Part shown: positions 19,726-29,300 of the stretch, piece after piece | How the letters are laid out: the number at the start of each line of letters is the position of its first letter | How positions within the stretch are numbered: position 1 is the first letter of the stretch | Source of the DNA: Deltaproteobacteria bacterium | GTDB taxonomy: Bacteria; Desulfobacterota; Dissulfuribacteria; Dissulfuribacterales; UBA3076 | Length of the DNA: 30,044 nt | NCBI GenBank assembly: GCA_027004315.1 | Contig: JALTHV010000134.1 | Span: 1-30,044, forward strand | Direction: 5' to 3' | The notes under the pieces: model-generated | The model's database searches: none | What the model saw: the letters and a program-made list of their open reading frames with translations, nothing else | What the model was told of the DNA's origin: nothing | Made by a program: the position numbers and the translations under genes

Positions 19726-20790
19726 ATGTCGACCACAAATAGTACAATTACAGAAGATATAAGGGCAAAGGCTAAGCAACTCCTTTCTTCAGGGGAGGTG
19801 GCGGCCTTTTTGGGCTTTACTACTGGTACCTTGCCCATGACCATGAGGCCATTTGTGGCAAGAAGGCCAGAGGATGCAGAGAGGCTGGTATGGAATAGCT
19901 TTTGTGTGATGAATCTGGCCAACTATCTGCCAGATCTACTCAAGAGCGTTGAGCCTCCGAGGGGTCCTAAGGATCCGCCTCCCGAAGGTCCCTTGCCCAA
20001 AGTCGGTGTGCTGGCAACCGGATGCTGGTCCCGAAATATAGTGGTCCAGATCCAGGAGAATCAGGTACAGAGAGATCGCTTGGTTATCCTTGGGATCGGG
20101 AGCCGGGGCATGGTGGATAGAAAAAAGGTCCTGGCCCAGGTGGATGGCAGAGAGGTCTGGACATCAGAAGAAGGTGAGCACTCTCTTGTAATAGAAGGCC
20201 CTGGTTTTAAAAAAGAGATACAGCGCTGGGATGTGGTCAGAGATAACTGTCAGACATGTATTCATCCCAATCCGGTAATTTATGACTATCAGGTAGGGCA
20301 GCCAGTTTCACCTAGGGAAGTTAAGGATCGCTTCAGGCAGGTTAATGAGATAGAGGCCATGTCCTCAGAGGAACGTTGGTCATGGTTCCAGGAAGAGATC
20401 TCTAGTTGTATCAGGTGCTATGCCTGTAGAAATGCCTGTCCTCTGTGCTATTGTCCTACCTGTTTTGTAGATGATTCAAGACCTCAATGGGTTGGCAAGA
20501 GTATAGATCTGGCAGACACATCTATCTTTCATATCCTGAGGGCCTACCACTGTGCTGGTCGTTGTACTGATTGTGGGGCCTGTGAGAGTGCCTGTCCTAT
20601 GGGTATCCATATGCGTCTCTTTACCAAAAAGTTGGAAAAAGATGTCCTTGAGCTTTATGGGACCGAGGCCGGAATGGATCCTGATGTACCATTGCCTCTA
20701 ACTACCTATAAAGAGGATGACCCGCAGAATTTTTTGATTACAGAGGCTGTGGGGCAGACTAGTGAGGCAGGGGAGGGAGTGAAGCCGTGA
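19726..20790 (+). CDS. flxC: 4Fe-4S dicluster protein (FlxC-like)
   Basis: CIRCYACRNACPLCYCPTC, FHILRAYHCAGRCTDCGACESACP; name assigned from position in the flxDCBA order. Confidence 0.75.
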   Translation: MSTTNSTITEDIRAKAKQLLSSGEVAAFLGFTTGTLPMTMRPFVARRPEDAERLVWNSFCVMNLANYLPDLLKSVEPPRGPKDPPPEGPLPKVGVLATGCWSRNIVVQIQENQVQRDRLVILGIGSRGMVDRKKVLAQVDGREVWTSEEGEHSLVIEGPGFKKEIQRWDVVRDNCQTCIHPNPVIYDYQVGQPVSPREVKDRFRQVNEIEAMSSEERWSWFQEEISSCIRCYACRNACPLCYCPTCFVDDSRPQWVGKSIDLADTSIFHILRAYHCAGRCTDCGACESACPMGIHMRLFTKKLEKDVLELYGTEAGMDPDVPLPLTTYKEDDPQNFLITEAVGQTSEAGEGVKP

Positions 20791-21860
20791 AAGTACTCAG
20801 ACTCGACAAGGCAGATCTGGAGAGGTGGTTTGTCAATTGGGCAAAGACCAGAGAGGTCTATGGTCCTTTGAGGCAGTCGTCCAGTGACTCCAAATCTATA
20901 TCTGTCAACAAATCTTATACTGATTGGGCTATCTTGAAAGATGGCAAGTTTCCTGAGTTGGGTACAGGGCTCCCTAAGAGTCCTATAAAAAAATTCTTTT
21001 TCCCCCAACCTGAGACGCTGTTTACGTGTTCTAAAAGAAAAGGTGATCCAGATGCCTTTGTGTTTAAAGAGCCTGAAAATAGAGATAATGCCAGGAAGGT
21101 CCTGGTAGGAGTCAGGCCCTGTGATGCGAGGAGTGTAGAACTTAATAACCTCCCATTTGAAAAGGATCCCTATTTTCAGGCCAATCGGGCAAAGACTGCC
21201 ATAGTAGGTTTTACATGTAGAGATAGATGTCAGACCTGTTTCTGTAAAGAGGTTGGAGGTTCGCCCGTTGGTACAGAGGGCATGGATATTGCTGTTACCC
21301 AACTGGATGATTTTTATATGGCAGAGGTCATTACCGAGAAGGGTGAAGAACTGGTACAAGAGGGAGGGGGTGCATCCGAGGCCTCTGGAGAAGAAATTTC
21401 TAGGCTCAAGGAGTCCAAGGCGCAGGTGGAATCTTTATTTTCCTCGATGTCTGATCCTGCCCAGGCCTTAGAGGCCATGAAGGCCAAGGATCTCTTTGCC
21501 TTATATAATGCACCGTTCTGGTCCCAGTTGGCCGATTCCTGTATCAACTGTGGTATCTGTACCTTTTTGTGTCCTACCTGTTACTGTTTTGATATTCAGG
21601 ACGAGGTGGTAAAAGGTACTATTCGCAGGATAAGGTACTATGATTCCTGTATGTTTCCTCTGTTTACTCTCCAGGCCTCAGGGCACAATCCCAGGGGGCA
21701 AAAGGTTCAAAGGGTGAGAAATCGTTTTATGCATAAATTTAAGTATTTTCCCGACCGTTTCGGGCCATTTTCCTGTGTTGGCTGTGGAAGATGTATCCGT
21801 GAGTGTCCTGTAAATATTGACATTCGGGAGGTACTCAAAGACCTTCTGGCTGTGGAGTGA
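20787..21860 (+). CDS. flxB: 4Fe-4S dicluster protein (FlxB / AsrA-like)
   Basis: GTG start overlapping the previous stop; GVRPCD, CINCGICTFLCPTCYCF, RNRFMHKF, CVGCGRCIRECP. Confidence 0.78.
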   Translation: MKVLRLDKADLERWFVNWAKTREVYGPLRQSSSDSKSISVNKSYTDWAILKDGKFPELGTGLPKSPIKKFFFPQPETLFTCSKRKGDPDAFVFKEPENRDNARKVLVGVRPCDARSVELNNLPFEKDPYFQANRAKTAIVGFTCRDRCQTCFCKEVGGSPVGTEGMDIAVTQLDDFYMAEVITEKGEELVQEGGGASEASGEEISRLKESKAQVESLFSSMSDPAQALEAMKAKDLFALYNAPFWSQLADSCINCGICTFLCPTCYCFDIQDEVVKGTIRRIRYYDSCMFPLFTLQASGHNPRGQKVQRVRNRFMHKFKYFPDRFGPFSCVGCGRCIRECPVNIDIREVLKDLLAVE

Positions 21861-21864
21861 AGTC

Positions 21865-22713
21865 ATGACTACTTTATTACCTAATCCATATATTCCTTAT
21901 CCAGCCCGTATTGACGATATCGTAGTCGAGACAGAGGACGGGAATCTCAAGACCTTTCGTCTGGTCCTGGAGGACGAAGGAGACAGGGCCCGTTGGAGCC
22001 ATGTCCCCGGTCAGTTTGCAATGTTATCTCTTGCAGGTGTAGGTGAGATCCCTATAGGCATAGCTTCATCCCCTACAGAAGAGGGTTTCCTGTTATTCAC
22101 TGTCTTTAGGGCTGGCGTTGTCACAACTGCCCTCCACCAGATGGATATAGGTGAAAGGGTAGGTGTGCGTGGTCCACTAGGGAATGGTTTTCCTGTTGAT
22201 AACGATCTTAAGGGAAAGAACATAGTCATAATAGCAGGGGGATTTGCCTTTACTACCCTCAGGGCTACGCTCCTATATATGTTGGCCAACCGTGGTGATT
22301 ATGGCAAGATTACCGTGATCTACGGGGCCAGGACGCCAGGGCTGCTACTCTATAGAGATGAGCTGAAGGCCTGGGCAGAGCGTGATGACCTTGATACCTA
22401 TATTACAATAGACCGTGAGGCCCCTGGCTGGGACGGGCTTGTAGGCTTTGTCCCTACTGTGGCAGGACAGGTAGCACCTTCTCCAGAGAATGCGGCAGCC
22501 CTTATCTGTGGACCTCCCATTATGATAAAGTTCACTATGCCTCCTCTTGAGAAGATAGGCTGGACTGACGATCAGGTATATTTATCCCTGGAGAACCGTA
22601 TGAAGTGTGGTCAGGGTGTCTGTGGGCATTGTAACGTTGGGCCTGTCTATGTCTGTAAGGATGGGCCTGTCTTTACCAGAGCACAGTTACAGGGCCTGCC
22701 AACAGAGTTCTAG
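21865..22713 (+). CDS. flxA: FAD/NAD-binding oxidoreductase subunit (FlxA / AsrB / hydrogenase-gamma-like)
   Basis: PGQFAML, GEIPI, RGPLGNGF, IAGG, CGPPIM, ENRMKCGQGVCGHC, CKDGPVF. Start moved to ATG 21865 (GGAG upstream). Confidence 0.82.
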   Translation: MTTLLPNPYIPYPARIDDIVVETEDGNLKTFRLVLEDEGDRARWSHVPGQFAMLSLAGVGEIPIGIASSPTEEGFLLFTVFRAGVVTTALHQMDIGERVGVRGPLGNGFPVDNDLKGKNIVIIAGGFAFTTLRATLLYMLANRGDYGKITVIYGARTPGLLLYRDELKAWAERDDLDTYITIDREAPGWDGLVGFVPTVAGQVAPSPENAAALICGPPIMIKFTMPPLEKIGWTDDQVYLSLENRMKCGQGVCGHCNVGPVYVCKDGPVFTRAQLQGLPTEF

Positions 22714-22787
22714 TGTCCCGTCAAGCCTGAACTTGCTGCATCTTGCTTGCCCTTTTGCCTGTTTTCTGTGTTGCGGCAGGCCTTACA

Positions 22788-22861
22788 GTAACCGTTCACA
22801 TTCCCTCGGCCAGAGGTGGCCTTTTTCAAGGTTGTCTCTGGCCGGAGACATGAATAGTTGT
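22788..22861. mobile_element. Short (74 bp) family A element
   Basis: GTAACCGTTCAC start, eroded end ATGAATAGTTGT; flanks GCCTTACA (22780-22787) / GCCTTAAA (22862-22869), 7/8; internal IR CGGCCAGAG / CTCTGGCCG. Confidence 0.82.
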
Positions 22862-22961
22862 GCCTTAAATAGCCCGTTATGCGTAGCTTAACGCGCCTTG
22901 AAACCAAACAAAATTACTGTGCAAAAGGATAGATTGAAGGCTGTATCTTTTGGAAGTATCT

Positions 22962-23477
22962 TTAGTTTTTTACTTCGTCTGGCGGGTCCTCAGTATTGGC
23001 ATTGAACATAGATTCGATTCCTGCAGCAATTTCTTCTTCTTTTTTGCCTTTGGCTATGGAGAGTTCTTTTACCAGGAGGGTCTTGGCGGTATCCAACATC
23101 TTTCTCTCTCCGAAGGAAAGGGGTTTGTCCATCTGTAGGATATAGAGATCTCTCAAGACTGCTGCCAAGTCAAAGATGGAACCTGTCTTAATCTTATCCA
23201 TATATTCCCGATAACGACGATTCCAGGTCTGAGGGGTAAATTCCACGTCCTTTTCTTCTAGGATAGCATAGACCTCTTCAATATCATTTCCTGAGATGAC
23301 ATCCCTGAGCCCGACTTGCTTGGCATTTTCTTTAGGGATCATGATCTTCATATCGTTATCGAGTATACGCATCACATAGAAAGTATGTTCTGTCCCTAAT
23401 ATTGATTTTTGCTCTATAGCCTCGATCAATCCCACCCCATGCGCAGGGTATACTGCCAAATCTCCAACATTAAACAT
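22962..23477 (-). CDS. carD: CarD/CdnL-family RNA polymerase-binding regulator
   Basis: FNVGDLAVYPAHGVG, WNRRYR, LSFGERKML. Confidence 0.93.
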   Translation of the reverse strand: MFNVGDLAVYPAHGVGLIEAIEQKSILGTEHTFYVMRILDNDMKIMIPKENAKQVGLRDVISGNDIEEVYAILEEKDVEFTPQTWNRRYREYMDKIKTGSIFDLAAVLRDLYILQMDKPLSFGERKMLDTAKTLLVKELSIAKGKKEEEIAAGIESMFNANTEDPPDEVKN

Positions 23478-23559
23478 ACTGATTTACCTCTAGTATAGTC
23501 AAAAACAACCTCCCAAGACTTAAGGATATAATCTACGAGACCTAATATAACATATTCCC

Positions 23560-24333
23560 CTATTTTTTGGAATATGTTTTGCTTGTAATTGTATCTACGA
23601 CTTTATAGGAGGCGGGTACCCGCTGCAGGTAATGGCAGTGAAGGTCATGGATAAAAGACCAGGCCTCTTCGAATGCAGCGTCTGTTATTGAGAGTCTATG
23701 GAGGTTATTAAATTTTCTATTTTGTATGTATTTTAATGACTTGAGTGCCCCCAAGGTTATTCTGTGGGCATCTTCCCCTTTTTTTTGGCATTTTTTACAG
23801 ATAAATCCCCCTGCATGGATTTTAAAGGCCACATGGTCATCCTTTGGAGGCCTTTTGCAGCGGAGGCACGAATCCAGATTCGGGGCATAGCCTACCAGAG
23901 AGAGAAGCAGAGTCTCGAAAAAGAGCGTGGCCTTTCTGGCCGGGAGGCCTTCCTTAAGGGACCTGAAGTAGGATCGCAGCAGCTCAAAGAGGTCTCTTTG
24001 GGGATCGCCTTCCCTTGTCCAGAGATCTACCAGTTCGCAGCACAGGCTGGCCATGATATAGTAATCGATCTTGCCCCTTAGAGAAGAAAAACTGTCCAGT
24101 GTCTCAGCAGAATCGATTCTACTGAGACCCGTGGTGCGAGGTAAGGCCAGAGACAGATTGAGTAATGTAAAGGGCTCCAGTGCATTTACAAAGCGGTGTT
24201 TGCTCTTTTTTGCCCCCTTGGCAATACCCCGGGTTTTCCCTCTATCCATTGTATAGAACGTGATGAGCCTGTCGGATTCTCCCAGGTCACGGCCTGCAAT
24301 TACAAACGCGGGGCTTTTGAAGATTTCAGGCAT
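23560..24333 (-). CDS. recO: DNA repair protein RecO
   Basis: GESDRLITFYT..GK..GIAKGAKKS, LEPF, zinc finger CxxC..CxxC. Confidence 0.93.
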   Translation of the reverse strand: MPEIFKSPAFVIAGRDLGESDRLITFYTMDRGKTRGIAKGAKKSKHRFVNALEPFTLLNLSLALPRTTGLSRIDSAETLDSFSSLRGKIDYYIMASLCCELVDLWTREGDPQRDLFELLRSYFRSLKEGLPARKATLFFETLLLSLVGYAPNLDSCLRCKRPPKDDHVAFKIHAGGFICKKCQKKGEDAHRITLGALKSLKYIQNRKFNNLHRLSITDAAFEEAWSFIHDLHCHYLQRVPASYKVVDTITSKTYSKK

Positions 24334-24370
24334 GATGGTGCTGCAACTATGGTATTTCTTTAATTATTTC

Positions 24371-24880
24371 CTATTCTGAGGAAACGTATCCCTGACCTCC
24401 TGGAACGTAATTCCCCCGTGAACAGTTACCCTGGGACAGTGAAGAGTTATTGCCGATTGATGGGGATATAGGACTTGTTACAGGCCCTGTTTTATCCGAA
24501 TGCCAGAAAAACCAAAATCCCCATCCTACAAGCAAGATGAATATTGCTATTATGAAACCGATGATAAATCGGTTAAATAGAGGGGCTTTTTTTGCATAAC
24601 GACCAGTCACAGACTCAATGGGCTCTCCAACCCCTAGATCTCCATCCTGCTCTTCCTGATAACGGAGGATGACGTCTTCGGGAACCAACCCTATGAATTC
24701 AGCATAGCTTTTTGTAAAGCCCTTCCTAAAGACCTTACCAGGCAATTCTTCCCACCGATCTGCCTCCATGGCCTTTAGGACATGAATTCCGATCTTAGTC
24801 CCTTCTGCTAACTCTTCCAGGGAAATATGACGCAGTTCCCGTTCTCGTTTGAGATATTCACCTAAAGTTTCTTTAGACAT
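24371..24880 (-). CDS. RodZ-like HTH membrane protein (short form)
   Basis: LGEYLKRERE..SLEEL..TKI..L.AME...LPG..F.KGF..SYA HTH domain plus one TM helix; no large C-terminal domain. Confidence 0.8.
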   Translation of the reverse strand: MSKETLGEYLKRERELRHISLEELAEGTKIGIHVLKAMEADRWEELPGKVFRKGFTKSYAEFIGLVPEDVILRYQEEQDGDLGVGEPIESVTGRYAKKAPLFNRFIIGFIIAIFILLVGWGFWFFWHSDKTGPVTSPISPSIGNNSSLSQGNCSRGNYVPGGQGYVSSE

Positions 24881-24896
24881 TTATTGTTCCAAATTT

Positions 24897-25958
24897 TTAA
24901 AGGAGTATCCGGATCGTAGACCTTGATCTAAGTCTCTTGAGCCAATCTTCAAACCGGGCATTTATCTCCCTGCGGTAGAGCTTTTGCCGGATTTTCCCTA
25001 TATAAGCCCGTTCGTTTTTGTCCTCTCCAGCCCGTGTTATCTTCTTTAGTCTGAAAATCTGCCAGCCCATTGGAGTATCAACCACTTTGCTAAAATCGCC
25101 GGGTTTTAGCCCGGCTACTGCCTGTTTGACAAAGGGTGCCATCTCTTTCAGGGTAAAACTGCCCAGATATCCTCCATCTTCTTTATCTGAAGAGAGGTCA
25201 GAATAGCGTTTTACTATCGCCTTAAAACTCTTACCATTTTTTAGTGCCTTATAGGCCTCCTCGGCTCGTATTTTGGCCTCTTCCTTTAATTTGGGGTCAT
25301 TAGGATTTTTCGGGCTTATACATATGTGTTGCAGAATATAGAGCTGGCCACTATAATCATTTCTAAGATGTTGTTTTTTTATATATTTTTTGATCTCTTC
25401 ATCGGTTATTACTACCTTTGAACTTACCTGTCTATTTATAAGTCTTGCCCTCTCAATCTGTTTTTTTATTTCTTTTTTATATTCTTTTAGAGTTTTACCT
25501 TCAGAGTTAAGCTGAGCTACAAGCTCATCTATCGTCATGTAGTTCTGTTTACATATCCTGTCTAAGGCCTCTTGGATCTCTTGTTTATTTACGCTTATAT
25601 CGAGCCTCTTGATTTCTTCCTCTACAAGGTGCTCATCTATTAACTGCGGCAAGATATGATGCAGGATTTCCTGCTTTTTGGCCTCTATTTCTTCCTTAGT
25701 CATCCCTTTATTAATATATTTTTGAAATATAGGCCTTGCCGTATTTTCTAGTTCGGAAAGGGTAATTACATCTCCGTTTACTACAGCAACTATTCTATCG
25801 AAGATGACTCCATAGGCTGGGGGGCACTTGAATACGTTGAATATTAGGAGACCCGATATGCAGATAACTGCAAAGTAAAAAGAAGATGCCCGAATTGCGT
25901 ATCTAGTCTCTCTCCGGGGGAAAAACGGGGCTTCATTGACAAGGGGCTTCATATCCAT
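24897..25958 (-). CDS. surA: SurA-family chaperone / parvulin peptidylprolyl isomerase
   Basis: DRIVAVVNGDVIT, SurA N-terminal domain, GGYLG..EM..F...V..LKPG.FS.VV.T.MGWQI parvulin domain. Confidence 0.85.
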   Translation of the reverse strand: MDMKPLVNEAPFFPRRETRYAIRASSFYFAVICISGLLIFNVFKCPPAYGVIFDRIVAVVNGDVITLSELENTARPIFQKYINKGMTKEEIEAKKQEILHHILPQLIDEHLVEEEIKRLDISVNKQEIQEALDRICKQNYMTIDELVAQLNSEGKTLKEYKKEIKKQIERARLINRQVSSKVVITDEEIKKYIKKQHLRNDYSGQLYILQHICISPKNPNDPKLKEEAKIRAEEAYKALKNGKSFKAIVKRYSDLSSDKEDGGYLGSFTLKEMAPFVKQAVAGLKPGDFSKVVDTPMGWQIFRLKKITRAGEDKNERAYIGKIRQKLYRREINARFEDWLKRLRSRSTIRILL

Positions 25959-26004
25959 AGCACTCCATTTTTACAGTGAAAATAAGATGCTCTCCTGTTG
26001 TAAC

Positions 26005-26317
26005 GTAACTTCTCAATAAGTCCTGGCAACTTCGATGTAACCGATCACAGGGTGCTTCTTTTTCCAACATGCTCTCGCCCCGTAACCGTTCACACCCCCC
26101 TCCTGTTGCAACCGTCTACGTCCCCGGCCAGCAGTAGCATTTTGAAGGGTTTCAGTGCGGATTAATAGGCAGAGTGCCCTGATTTTGTGCATCAAGCGAT
26201 GCTCCTGAAACCCTTCAAAAGGCTACTGCTGGCCGGGGGGATGTGAACAGTTACCTCGCCCCTTGTTTTCTAAGGTTTTTGCAGCATGGGACCCTCCCTG
26301 TTCTCCTCCGCTGCGCT
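26005..26317. mobile_element. Nested MITE-like stack: family C end (26005), family B end (26037), with family A inserted inside B
   Basis: GTAACTTCTCAATAAGTCCTGGC, then GTAACCGATCACAGGGTGCTTC, then the A copy, then modules Y and X up to the mfd stop. Confidence 0.85.
26082..26254. mobile_element. Family A MITE-like element, full length (173 bp)
   Basis: TIRs GTAACCGTTCAC / GTGAACAGTTAC (11/12); perfect 8-bp duplication CTCGCCCC (26074-26081 / 26255-26262); internal IR 26124-26155 / 26205-26236 (31/32). Confidence 0.93.
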
Positions 26318-29300
26318 AAGGAATGCACCCATTCTTTGTAGCCATTTTTAGTATTACTTGCAAGGTCTGCCTTACACTTTCAAGACCATTCCCATCCTTT
26401 CTATCTGATTTAATAAGCGGGACTATCAGCCTGCCATCCGGCAACAGACGCCACCGCCGGTCTTTTTGTACCGCCTCTATGATCCTGTCTGGATGAGATG
26501 GACCCTCAGGCCCAAAATTCAGGACGATATACCCTTTTTTATCAGAAGAGGTCCTGTCAAGGCGTATCACGTTAAGCGATCTCAGGCTGCGTTTTATTCC
26601 AATTACTCCAAGGAGAGAGGAGATCTCTTTTGGGACCGGGCCGAAGCGGTCTTTGAGTTCCAGCAAGAAATCTGTATCTTCCTGTCCGTCTTTTAGGCGG
26701 GCCATTCTTCGGTAGAGGAGCAGGCGCTGTTCTACATCCGGGACATACTCTTCCGGGATGAATACAGGTATGCCCAGGTTTACTTCCGGATCTATCTCTT
26801 CCTTTTTAGGGAGTCCCTTGAACTCGTCTATAGCCCTCTGTAAGAGATCCAGGTAGAGTTCATATCCTACCTCTGCAATACTCCCTGACTGGGATACCCC
26901 CAAGATGTTCCCGGCCCCTCGGATCTGCAGGTCTTTCATTGCAAGGCGGAATCCGCCTCCGGATACAGAGAGTTCCATGATGGCCTTGAGCCTCTTTATA
27001 GGCCCTTTACCTAGATCGGACATACGGGGGGCAAGGAGATAGGCATAGGCCTGTTCATTGGCCCTTCCTATCCTTCCTCTCAACTGGTACAGATCTGCAA
27101 GACCCAGCCTGTCGGCCCGATTGATGATCATGGTATTTGCCGACGGTATGTCCAGGCCAGATTCTATTATAGTGGTACATACCAGGCAGTCGACCTCTCC
27201 CCTTACAAACCGGATCATGACCTCCTCAAGCTCATCAGGCCCCATCTGACCATGGATGACTTCTATTCTGGCCTTGGGGACCACTCGCTGGATGTACTCT
27301 GCCAGCCTGTATATGCCCTTTATCCTATTGTGTACAAAAAAGACCTGACCACCTCGGTTGATCTCCTGTTCTATGGCCTCTTTTATCAAGGAGTCATCGA
27401 ATTCGGCCATGAATGTCTTTATGGGCATACGGTCCCTTGGAGGGGTATTGATTACCGAGAGGTCCCGGATCCCCAGGAGGGAGAGTTGAAGGGTCCTGGG
27501 GATTGGAGTAGCGGTGAGCGTCAGGCAGTCAACTGATTGCTTAAGCCTCTTTAGTCTCTCTTTGTGCCTTACACCAAAACGGTGTTCCTCATCTACAATG
27601 AGTAGCCCCAGGTCCTTGAATTTCACGTCTGGCTGTAGCAACCGGTGTGTGCCAATGAGGATGTCAACCTGGCCCTGGCTGACCTTGGCAAGGACCTCTT
27701 TCTGCTTCTGCCTGGGTTTGAGCCTGCTTATGGCCTCTACAGTGACAGGGAATTGCTGGAATCTTTGCCTGAATGTCCGCTCGTGTTGTTCTGCCAGCAG
27801 GGTAGTGGGTACCAATATGGCAACCTGCTTTCCATCTTCAACTGCCTTAAATGAGGCCCTCATTGCGACCTCTGTCTTGCCGTAGCCCACATCTCCGCAC
27901 AACAGGCGATCCATGGGCTTGGGCTCCTGCATATCAGAGAGGATTTCCTCTATAGAGGTGGCCTGGTCCCGGGTCTCTTCATACGGAAATGCCGCTTCAA
28001 ACTGTCGGAACAGGGTATCAGGAGGCGAAAAGGCAAGGCCTTTGCTGACCTTTCTTGAGGCATAGAGTTCAACCAGTTCGTGGGCGATTTTATAGATACT
28101 CTTCTTGACCTTTTGTTTCGTAAGCTGCCAGCTTGAACTCCCAAGCCTGTCAATTCGAGGTGCACGACCTTCTATCCCTACATATTTCTGGATCAGGCCC
28201 AAGCGGTCCACTGGTAGATAGAGCCTGTCCCTGTCACGGTATTCGAGAAGCAGGAACTCCCCTGGAATTCCTGCGGCCTCTATACGCACAAGGCCCTGGT
28301 AGAGTCCCACACCATGGTCTCTGTGTACTACTGGTTGGCCGGGTTTGAGGTCTTCGAAGGTCAGACTCTCTACGGCGGTCCTCCTTCTCTTATGGGCCTT
28401 GGTCCGTCTGGCCTGTGTGCCCATGAGCTCTTCTTCTGTAAGGACTATGAGGGCCTCTCCTGGGAGGAGGAATCCCATAGATATCTGACCTGTACAGATC
28501 ATGAGGCCTGTTGCCACAGGGTCATTGGTCAAGGGGGCTGAGGATATGGGGACCTCTGCCTCAATAATCTCGTGATAGCTCAGGAGTTCAATTATCCTCT
28601 GGCCCTGACGTCTGCCAGGTACTACCAAGACAACCCTGTCTCCCGCCTCAATCCAGCCCTTGACCCGGTCAAGCGTCGGCCCGATGAGATCTCTTCCCCT
28701 CCGGACACCTCCAGGCACTAATGGCGATTCTGGCGTGCCCGTCTTGATCTCCAGCTCTTGAGTCTCCGGAACGGGGAAGTCGAAGGGAGATCCTTTGGAG
28801 ACCCGCTTGGTAAGTGGTTTGACATCTCGGAAGAGCCAGCAGGTATGGCCGCATATCTGCCCTGAGACCTCTTCAGGGTCAGAGAGATACGATCCCAGGG
28901 GGGCCAAGACCCTGTGTTCCTCAAGGGCCGATTTGTAGGTCTGCCTGGCCTCCTTCCAGTAGTTGCTCAAGGCCGCCTCGATCTCTTCGGGTCTTTCAAG
29001 GAGCAGGGGGGCCTGTTGAGGTATATAGTCCAGGAGAGAGGCAGGCCTGGGATAAAAGATGGGCAGTAAGGCCTCTTGTCCCTCTACCAGCCTCTTATCT
29101 TCCAGTTGTTGGAGGATTTCATGGATCCTCCGGGCAGACAAATCGTATTTTTCGGCCTCTCTGATCAGTCTCTCTTGAGCCGCTTCAATTAGGGGCTGGG
29201 AGAGGATGAATTCATGGGCCGGGAGTACAACTAATTCATTCAGATCCTCAGTCGAGCGCTGAGTAAGAGGATCAAAGAGACGCATCTCTTCCACAAAGTC

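Noticed and set aside
15734-26004. hdrA-to-surA block as cargo of a composite transposon between C ends
   Set aside because: The bounding ends face outward, flanks share no 8-bp duplication, and surA-rodZ-recO-carD continues the normal mfd gene order.
25992-26004. CTCCTGTTGTAAC resembling the long end of family A (CTCCTGTTGCAAC), hinting at a fourth nesting level
   Set aside because: A 12/13 match with no TIR or partner fragment; too short to support.
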